Source: Eledone cirrhosa
Taxonomy: Eukaryota
Direction of reading: 5' to 3'
Assembly (NCBI GenBank): GCA_964016885.1
Contig: OZ024742.1
Location: 161,758,001-161,822,000, forward strand
DNA length: 64,000 bases
Below are positions 53,502-64,000 of the stretch, piece by piece (position 1 is the first letter of the stretch; every line of letters begins with the position of its first letter). Below the pieces are notes generated by a model. That model worked only from the letters and a program-made list of their open reading frames with translations, was not told where the DNA came from and ran no database searches. Both the position numbers and the translations under genes were made by a program.

Positions 53502-54004
53502 TATATATATATATTATATATATATATATTATATATATATATTATATATATATATATTATATATATATATATTATATATATATATATTATATATATATAT
53601 ATTATATATATATATATTATATATATTATATATATATATATTATATATATATATATATATATTATATATATTATATATATATATATTATATATATATATA
53701 TATATTATATATATTATATATATATATAATATATATATATATATTATATATATATATATATTATATATATTATATATATATATATTATATATATTATATA
53801 TATATATATTATATATATATATATTATATATATATATATTATATATATATATATTATATATATATATATTATATATATATATATATATTATATATATATA
53901 TTATATATATCTTATATATATTATATATATATATATATTATATATATATATATATTATATATATATATATTATATATATATATTATATATATATATATAT
54001 ATTA

Positions 54005-54334
54005 TGGAGGCATATGGCTTAGTGGTTAGAGCATTGGCCTTGCAATCGAAAGGTTGTGAGTTTAATTCTCAGACCGGGTGATGTGTTGTTTCCTTGAGCA
54101 AGACACTTTATTTCACATTGCTCCAGTTTACTCAGCTGTAGAAATGAGATGATAGGGACTGGGATCCATATCATTCCACTGCAAAGTGGTCGTGGAGGTG
54201 ACACGGCAAAAAAGCACCCAGCACTCACTGTAAATGAGGTTGGTGTTAGGAAGGGCATCCAGCTGTAGAAATCAAGCCAGTATCAGTTCCCATCCCACCC
54301 TTGCAAGCAGGGAAAAGCGGATGTAAAATGAAAC
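54005..54334 (+). mobile_element. Full-length SINE family 2
   Basis: tRNA-like head tggcttagtggttagagc...gagtttaattc, CORE-like body, RTE-C 3' end. Confidence 0.9.
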
Positions 54335-54488
54335 TAATATATATATTATATATATATATTATATATATATATATTATATATATATATATTATATATATAT
54401 ATTATATATATATATATTATATATATATATATTATATATATATATTATATATATATTATATATATATATATATTATATATATATATAT

Positions 54489-54519
<31 letters not shown>

Positions 54520-54528
54520 ATATATATA

Positions 54529-54598
<70 letters not shown>

Positions 54599-54714
54599 AT
54601 ATTATATATATATATATTATATATATATTATATATATATTATATATTATATATATATTATATATATATTATATATATATTATATATATTATATATATATT
54701 ATATATATATATAT

Positions 54715-55581
54715 ATGTGCAATAGTAATATATATATACTATGCAATAGTAATATATATATACTATGTGCAATAGTAATATACGTGAACGGCAAAGCATA
54801 AACGAACTAAGGAAAAAATTAGAAATAAGAGGGATCAGATGTTGTTTACTCGAGAGAAGGCTACGTTGGTACGGTCACGTGATGCGCATGAAAGACGACA
54901 GCTGTATAACAAAGTGCAGGGCAATAAAGATAGACGGTAGCCACGGAGTAGGCAGACCCAGAAAAACATGGGACGAGCTGATAAATTCCGACCTCACACG
55001 CTTACACCTCTCCAAGACAATGTCACTGGACCGAGACCTTTGGCGGTACTCAGTAATAGAGAAGACCCGCCTTACCTAAATACAAAGTAAAAACCTACTA
55101 CAGTCAGTAGGCATCTCTATCAAAACACACCCCCGTCCCACCACCTCCACCCCACCCACACCGCCCCTTTCAATGTAAAGTTATGTTGGTCCCACAACAT
55201 CCAGGCCGAAACAAATGAGATCGTGTAGGTGTCACGACAAAAAACACACAGTCCACGCTGTAAATGTGGCCGTGTAGGCAACGCGGTAAAAACCTCCCAG
55301 CCCCACACTGTAAATGTGGTTGGTGTTAGGAAGGGCATCCAGCTGTAGAAAACCCGCCAGACAGTCCACGCTGTAATGTGGCCGTGTAGGCAACACGGTA
55401 AAAACCTCCCAGCCCCACACTGTAAATGTGGTTGGTGTTAGGAAGGGCATCCAACTGTAGAAAAAAAGCCAGACAGTCCTATGCGAGCAAGACAACCACT
55501 CTTGCCTCAAGTGGGAAAACCCCCGTCCAAACCCATGCAAGCGTGGAACACGGATGCTAAACCTGATGATGATGATGATGA
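54715..55581 (+). mobile_element. RTE lineage A 3' fragment (expanded 3'UTR)
   Basis: [10 protein letters not shown]...EKTRLT*, duplicated UTR module, (GAT)n tail. Confidence 0.92.
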
Positions 55582-55710
55582 TTATATATATTATATATAT
55601 ATTATATATATATATATATTATATATATATATATATTATATATATATTATATATTATATATATATTATATATATATTATATATATATATTATATATATAT
55701 ATATATATAT

Positions 55711-56707
55711 TCATCATCATCATCATCATCATCAGGCTTAGCGTCCGTGTTCCACGCTTGCATGGGTTTGGACGGGGGTTTTCCCACTTGAGGCAAGAGT
55801 GGTTGTCTTGCTCGCATAGGACTGTCTGGCGGGTTTTCTACAGTTGGATGCCCTTCCTAACACCAACCACATTTACAGTGTGGGCTGGGAGGTTTTTACC
55901 GTGTTGCCTACACGGCCACATTACAGCTTGGACTCTCTGGCGGGTTTTCTACAGCTGGATGCCCTTCCTAACACCAACCACATTTACAGTGTGGTGCTGG
56001 GAGGTTTTTACCGTGTTGCCTACACGGCCACATTTACAGCGTGGACTGTGTGTTTTTTTGTCGTGACACCTACACGATCTCATTTGTTTCGGCCTGGATG
56101 TTGTGGGACCAACATAACTTTACATTGAAAGGGGCGGTGTGGATGGGGTGGAGGTGGTGGGACGGGGGTGTGTTTTGGTAGAGATGCCTACTGACTGTAG
56201 TAGGTTTTTACTTTGTATTTAGGTAAGGCGGGTCTTCTCTATTACTGAGTACCGCCAAAGGTCTCGGTCCAGTGACATTGTCTTGGAGAGGTGTAAGCGT
56301 GTGAGGTCGGAATTTATCAGCTCGTCCCATGTTTTTCTGGGTCTGCCTACTCCGTGGCTACCGTCTATCTTTATTGCCCTGCACTTTGTTATACAGCTGT
56401 CGTCTTTCATGCGCATCACGTGACTGTACCAACGTAGCCTTCTCTCGAGTAAACAACATCTGATTCTCTTATTTCTAATTTTTTCCTTAGTTCATTTATG
56501 CTTTGCCGTTCACGTATATTACTATTGCACATCCAGCGGAGCATGCAAGCTTCGTTCCTCTCTAGTCTGCGTATATCCTCTGCACACAATCCCCAGGTCT
56601 CACTGCCATGCAGCATTGCTGTTCGTATGCAGACATCGTATAACCTGCCTTTCATTTTTAGGGAGAACCCTCTAGCGGCTAATAGTGGTATAAGCTCTCT
56701 GAACTTT
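55711..56707 (-). mobile_element. RTE lineage A 3' fragment, tail-to-tail with the previous copy
   Basis: Near-identical reverse complement of 54765-55581. Confidence 0.92.
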
Positions 56708-56730
56708 ATATATTATATATATATATATAT

Positions 56731-56765
<35 letters not shown>

Positions 56766-56806
56766 ATATATATATATTATATATATATATATATTGTATA
56801 TATATA

Positions 56807-57142
56807 TCTATCTATCTAAGGCGGGTAAAATTCCCGAGATCCATGGACGAGTTCTCTCCAGCGGTCTCTGTCCCTCATTATCGCTGCCATATCCTGCATC
56901 TCCAACAGACCAGTGTCTGTCCTTAGGGCATCAACATATGTTAACCTTGGTCTTCCTCTTCTAGTGTGTCCATGTAGGGGCTCCCAAAGGAGCACTGATT
57001 GCAATGTCAACTCTGGATGTCGGTGAGCATGTCCAGCCAACCTCAGTCTCCTCTGTGTCACTTTTAAGCTGACTTTTGGGATTCCCCCATACAACTCTGA
57101 GTTTTTCATCCTCAGTGTATACTGATTAATGTTCAGAGCCAT
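56807..57142 (-). mobile_element. RTE-like lineage D 3' fragment
   Basis: Matches 45615-45950. Confidence 0.92.
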
Positions 57143-57232
57143 ATATATATATATATTATATATATATATATATTATATATATATATTATATATATATATA
57201 TTATATATATATATATATTATATATATATATT

Positions 57233-57678
57233 ATCATCATCATCATCATCATCAACGTTTAACGTCCGTGTTCCACGCTTGCATGGGTTTGGACGGGGGT
57301 AGTCCCACTTGAGGCAAGAGTGATTGTCTTGCTCGCATAGGACTGTCTGGCAGGTTTTCTACAGTTGGATGCCCTTCCTAACACCAACCACATTTACAGT
57401 GTGGGTCTGGGAGGTTTTTACCGTGTTGCCTACACGGCCACATTACAGCGTGGACTGTGTGTTTTTTTGTCGTGACACCTACACGATCTCATTTGTTTCG
57501 GCCTCGATGGCGCGGCACCAACATAACTTTACATAGAACGGGGTGGTGTGGATGGGGTGGGGGTGGTGGTGGTGGGACGGGGTGTATTTTGTTAGAGATG
57601 CCTACTGGCTGGAGTAGGTTTTACTATATATTTAGGTAAGGCGGGTCTTCTCTGTTACTGAGTACCGCCAAAGGTCTC
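57233..57678 (-). mobile_element. RTE lineage A 3'UTR fragment
   Basis: Near-identical to 30833-31268. Confidence 0.92.
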
Positions 57679-57681
57679 TAT

Positions 57682-57713
<32 letters not shown>

Positions 57714-57786
57714 ATTATATATATATTATATATATATATATATTATATATATATATTATATATATATATATATTATATATATATAT

Positions 57787-57820
<34 letters not shown>

Positions 57821-57937
57821 TTGCTCTACGGTTCTTATATATTTGATATATATTTATCCTTATCGAGCCCTCTTTGGATTTTAGTCTTGAAATTTATTAT
57901 TATTAATATATATATATATATATTATAAAAAAAAAAA

Positions 57938-59700
57938 AAAAAGTAATAGCGCAACTAATCAGAGAGAGAATTGATCTAGATGAAATGCAGTTCGGGTTTG
58001 TGTCAGGCAAAAGTACCACAGATGCTCTTTTCATTGTACGACAACTACAGGAGAAGTACCTAGCTAAAAGTAAACCCCTATACTTAGCTTTTGTTGACTT
58101 GGAGAAAGCCTTCGACAGAGTCCCCCGTTCCATTATCTGGTGGGCTCTTAGAAAACTAGGTGTTGACGAATGGCTTGTGAGAGCTATACAAGTCATGTGT
58201 AAAGAAACAGTCAGCAAGGTTAGAATTAACAACGAATATAGCGAAAATTTTAGCGTAAAAGTAGTCGTCCATCAGGGCTCTGTTCTCAGTCCCCTACTAT
58301 TTATTATTGCCCTTCAGGCTATAACAGAGGAGTTCAAGACTGGTTGCCCATGGGAACTCCTATACGCAGATGACCTAACACTCATAGCTGAATCAATGGC
58401 CGAGCTAGAGAAGAAATTCCAAACATGGAAGCACGGCCTAGAATCAAAAGGCCCTAAAATTAACCTGGCTAAGACTAAAGTTCTCATTTGTAAGAAAGAA
58501 AATAAGGCGGCGGTCCCTTCCGGGAAGTGGCCATGCTCAGTGTGTAGGAAAGGCGTAGGTAGAAACTTCATTTTGTGTCCCAAATGCAAAGTATGGGTGC
58601 ATAAAAGATGTAGTGGGATCACAGGTAAGCTAACTAAGAACATAGATTTTACATGTGGCCGGTGCTCTGGTGCAATAAGTAGCAGCAAGTGCCCACAAAA
58701 TACTAGCTCTTTCAAATGCGCAGAGGGTTCTATAGAAATAGTGGACAGCTTCCATTACCTGGGTGACAAAATCAGCAGTGGGGGAGGGTGCTCTGAAAGT
58801 ACAGTAGCTAGAGTCAGAACTGGATGGAAAAAGTTCAGAGAGCTTATACCACTATTAGCCGCTAAAGGGTTCTCCCTAAAAATGAAAGGCAGGTTGTATG
58901 ATGCCTGCATACGAACAGCAATGTTGCATGGCAGTGAGACATGGGCATTGTGTGCAGAGGATATACGCAGACTAGAGAGAAACGAAGCTTGCATGCTCCG
59001 CTGCATGTGTAATAGTAATATACGTGAATGGCAAAGCATAAACGAACTAAGGAAAAAATTAGAAATAAGAGGGACCAGATGTTGTTTACTCGAGAGAAGG
59101 CTACATTGGTATGGTCACGTGATGCGCATGAAGGACGATAGCTGTATAACAAAGTGCAGGGCAATAAAGATAGACGGTAGCCACGGAATAGGCAGACCCA
59201 GAAAAACCTGGCACGAGCTGATAAACTCCGACCTCACACACTTACACCTCACCAAGACAATGTCACTGGACCGAGACCTTTGGCGGTACTCAGTAATAGA
59301 GAAGACCCGCCTTACCTAAATACAAAGTAAAACCTACTACAGTCAGTAGGCATCTCTAACAAAATACACCCCCGTCCCACCACCCCCACCCCATCCACAC
59401 CGCCCCTTTCAATGTAAAGTTATGTTGGTGCCACAACATCCAGGCCGAAACAAATGAGATCGTGTAGGTGTCACGTAAAAAAACACACAGTTCACGCTGT
59501 AATGTGGCCGTGTAGGCAACACGGTAAAAACCTCCCAGCCCACACTGTAAATGTGGTTGGTGTTAGGAAGGGCATCCAGCTGTAGAAAACCCCAGATAGT
59601 CCTATGCGAGCAAGATAATCACTCTTGCCTCAAGTGGGAAAACCCCCGTCCAAACCCATGCAAGCGTGGAACACGGACATTAAACGTTGATGATGATGAT
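57938..59700 (+). mobile_element. 5'-truncated RTE lineage A (open frame 57985-59319)
   Basis: RT motifs, PHD insert, 3'UTR, (GAT)n tail; A-run expansion at the 5' junction. Confidence 0.94.
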
Positions 59701-59770
59701 ATATATATATATTATATATATATATATATTATATATATATATATATTATATATATATATATATATTATAT

Positions 59771-62700
59771 ATGTAGGAGGTGAGTTTTATTGTAGTACAA
59801 TAAAGCAATGCAGATATCGGATAAGAAGCACTCTACAGTTTGTAGGACTGGAGTATGCATAATATAAGATCAAAAGATGGTTAAAGGAGTTCCATGTATT
59901 TTATTATGTGCATTTCAAAAACAAACATCATCATGCAATAATATTTGTTTTCATCAGATAAAACAGGAGAACATGATATGAATGCTAAAAAACACTTGTG
60001 GATAGTGCAGTTTTAAATCAACATATGAAAAGTGGTTTTAGATTGATGTGTGATATTGGGAAAAATATTTTATTTAGAGAGGGGGGGGGTGGAAAGGATG
60101 AAAAGGGAAGGAGATGAAAGGGAGAGATGGGTGATAGAGAGAAAGAGATAGTTTTTATAACTGAGAGGAGATATATTGTTTTACATAGAGAGGTTGAAAA
60201 CCGTTGGAAGATAATGTATAAATTAAAAATTTTGAAAATTAACGAAGGGAGGATATGTGCGAGGAAAAAATATTTTATTTAGGGAGGAGGGGTGGAAAGG
60301 AGGAAAAAAAGGGGGAGGAGATGAGAGTGAAGGTGGAGAGGGAGAGATGGGTGATAGAGAGAAAGAGATAGTTTTTATAACTGAGAAAAAGATATATTGT
60401 TTTAACATAGAGAGGTTGGGAACCGTTGGAAGATAATGTATAAATTAAAGGAATTTGAAAATTAACGAAGGGAAATTATGTATGAAGATAGAGAGAAAAA
60501 AATAATAATTGTGGATGAATATTCTAACGTCAAAAAAAGAAATGTATGTATTGTGGCAATTTCAAAATTAACGAAGAGGAAAATTATTAAGGTTTGTGTG
60601 TAGAAGGATTTGAGAAAAATAATGTGAAGTTAAAGTTTGTATATTGAAGGAATTGATAATATATGCGAATAAAGAGTTGATATGTATTAATAATGAGTTC
60701 GTTGATGGGGAGAAAAAAATAATAATAAATTAAGGATGAAATTGAGATTAAAAAGATTTATGATAGAGAGAAAAAATAATAATGATTGCGGATGAATATT
60801 CTTAATGTCAAAACAACAAATGTATATGTTATGATTTTACAAGGTGAAGATAGAATGAGGGTAATGAGTAAACAAGTATTATAGAGTGTATAATGCCCTT
60901 TAAAGTAAGGTAGATGGGTATATTTTAAAGAGGTGTATGTATATGTGCCTTTGAGAAAAGATTCTAAATTGATAAAGAATTGAATATTAACTGTATACTT
61001 TGTGAAAAGTTCTATGGAATTTATGCAGGCAGATAGAAAACAAATCTGTGCATCTATTTATTATAGAATCTAGGTTAGAGATAATGGTAAATTTTTCATT
61101 TAGGCAGAGATTACAGATTTTAGATAGAGAGCTGTTCAAGTATGAGGATGCAGAAGAAATCTTCTTCCAAAAGATGGTATATTTAATGTTTTTGTCTTTT
61201 AAGGACCATATGAGTTCTGAGAGAGCAGTGTTAGTTCTTTTAAGTTTGTATTTGAAAGATGAATGATGATTATAGAGACGAGCTTTAAAAGAGGTGGAAG
61301 TGGAGCCAAAATAGGTGAAGGAATTGGTGCTAGTTATAATTTTACATTCATAAATTAAGTTTTTATCGAGACAATGGTTGTTGAGAGGACGTTTATTTTT
61401 AATGCGGCAGTTGCAATTAGAGAGATTATTAATGAGTGATCTAGTGTTATCTATAGAATATTGGACCAGAGCCGATACCTCTAACAACTTCGACATCACA
61501 ATGGGAGCATCTGATTCATCCCAATTGACTGATTTAATTGGTATCTTCATTTTGAACTCTTTGAGTCGGAAAATTCCTCAACTTCGCGGTGGAATTTATC
61601 GTGACGATGGACTCTTTACTATCCTAAATTGCAATATAGTTAACCTTAATATTATTAAGAACAATATACGTAATCTCTTTAACCAACATAACCTAAAAAT
61701 TGAATTTGATAATAGTATCAAACTAGCTAATTTCTTGGATGTATCGCTTAATCTTGACACTGGCCTATATTACCCTTACCATAAAAACAATGAGAACCTT
61801 AATTATGTTAACTTTAAATCTAACCATCCTACCAATATCAAGAATGCTATAGTTAATAATATTGGAAATAGAATATCTAACATATCTTCTAATAAAAACA
61901 TCTTTGATGCTAACGCCAATTACTATAATAACGCACTTTCTAAAGCCGGCTATCCAGATAAAATCAAATATAGTAAAGAAACAAATTCTAGAAAAACTTA
62001 CAGTAGAATAATTAATCATGACCATTCCAATAATTTTAATAAAAGACCTAGATACAAAAACATAATCTGGTATAATGCTCCTTTCTCCATCTCTATTAAT
62101 AACAATATTCCTAAATTATTTTTTAGTGCCTTAAATAAATGCTTCCCTCCCTCACATATCTATAGTAAAATATTTAACAAACACACCATCAAATTTTCGT
62201 ATTCTACATCCTCCAATATTTCCAACATCATCTCTAAACACAACAATAAAATACTAAATACTAAATCTCTTCCTTCCAATATTGAATTTCATAATAACAG
62301 TAATAGTACTCCCGACGTCATTGTAAACCCTAGGCTAACTTCTGTAAACCCAAATACAACGTCAAACACAACTTTGCTAAATGTTCATAATCCAACTCTA
62401 AATCAAGAAACTAGTATTCCTATTATTCCTATCGCAAACAACTTCTCCAATCCAATTCCTTCTATAGATAACACTAGATCACTCATTAATAATCTCTCTA
62501 ATTGCAACTGCCGCATTAAAAATAAATGTCCTCTCAACAACCATTGTCTCGATAAAAACTTAATTTATGAATGTAAAATTATAACTAGCACCAATTCCTT
62601 CACCTATTTTGGCTCCACTTCCACCTCTGTTAAAGCTCGTCTCTATAATCATCATTCATCTTTCAAATACAAACTTAAAAGAACTAACACTGCTCTCTCA

Positions 62701-64000
62701 GAACTCATATGGTCCTTAAAAGACAAAAACATTAAATATACCATCTTTTGGAAGAAGATTTCTTCTGCATCCTCATACTTGAACAGCTCTCTATCTAAAA
62801 TCTGTAATCTCTGCCTAAATGAAAAATTTACCATTATCTCTAACCTAGATTCTATAATAAATAGACGCACAGATTTGTTTTCTATCTGCCTGCATAAATT
62901 CCATAGAACTTTTCACAAAGTATACAGTTAATATTCAATTCTTTATCAATTTAGAATCTTTTCTCAAAGGCACATATACATACACCTCTTTAAAATATAC
63001 CCATCTACCTTACTTTAAAGGGCATTATACACTCTATAATACTTGTTTACTCATTACCCTCATTCTATCTTCACCTTGTAAAATCATAACATATACATTT
63101 GTTGTTTTGACATTAAGAATATTCATCCGCAATCATTATTATTTTTTCTCTCTATCATAAATCTTTTTAATCTCAATTTCATCCTTAATTTATTATTATT
63201 TTTTTCTCCCCATCAACGAACTCATTATTAATACATATCAACTCTTTATTCGCATATATTATCAATTCCTTCAATATACAAACTTTAACTTCACATTATT
63301 TTTCTCAAATCCTTCTACACACAAACCTTAATAATTTTCCTCTTCGTTAATTTTGAAATTGCCACAATACATACATTTCTTTTTTTGACGTTAGTATATT
63401 CATCCACAATTATTATTTTTTTCTCTCTATCTTCATACATAATTTCCCTTCGTTAATTTTCAAATTCCTTTAATTTATACATTATCTTCCAACGGTTCCC
63501 AACCTCTCTATGTTAAAACAATATATCTTTTTCTCAGTTATAAAAACTATCTCTTTCTCTCTATCACCCATCTCTCCCTCTCCACCTTCACTCTCATCTC
63601 CTCCCCCTTTTTTTCATCCTTTCCACCACCCCTCCCTAAATAAAATATTTTTTCCTCGCACATATCCTCCCTTCGTTAATTTTCAAAATTTTTAATTTAT
63701 ACATTATCTTCCAACGGTTTTCAACCTCTCTATGTAAAACAATATATCTCCTCTCAGTTATAAAAACTATCTCTTTCTCTCTATCACCCATCTCTCCCTC
63801 TCATCTCCTTCCCTTTTCATCCTTTCCACCCCCCCCCCCTCTCTAAATAAAATATTTTTCCCAATATCACACATCAATCTAAAACCACTTTTCATATGTT
63901 GATTTAAAACTGCACTATCCACAAGTGTTTTTTAGCCTTCATATCATGTTCTCCTGTTTTATCTGATGAAAACACAAATATTATTGCATGATGATGTTTG
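59771..64000. mobile_element. Second Naiad insertion: head-to-head fold-back of two 5'-truncated copies (59771-61458 minus; 61456-64000+ plus)
   Basis: Both arms match 27784-30485 with shared subfamily variants. Junction microhomology gaa at 61456-61458. Runs off the window. Confidence 0.93.

Overview
Eukaryotic, TE-saturated DNA with no prokaryotic features. The two tRNA-derived SINE families resemble octopod cephalopod SINEs (recognition only, not searched). 1-22 kb is older decayed repeat terrain: two hAT transposase pseudogenes, an R4/Dong-type RLE LINE, CR1-like relics, SINE clusters and RTE fragments. From ~22.8 kb to the end is one nested insertion hotspot, in which (AT)n arrays separate young retroelements: four RTE lineages (three with a PHD finger inserted inside the RT), an intact Naiad-type Penelope-like element (PLE) with hammerhead-bearing pseudo-LTRs, a second Naiad fold-back, and SINEs. 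The most notable signal is a set of small non-coding elements carrying type I hammerhead ribozymes. They include a 466-bp tandem dimer and a related 366/229-bp circularly permuted fold-back, which share an octamer motif and look like retrozyme/circular-RNA derivatives, plus two unrelated hammerhead-bearing palindromes. All show the same fold-back-plus-tail architecture as the Naiad. One candidate host exon (minus strand, 47765-47944) is visible. The YI-repeat ORFs are microsatellite artefacts.
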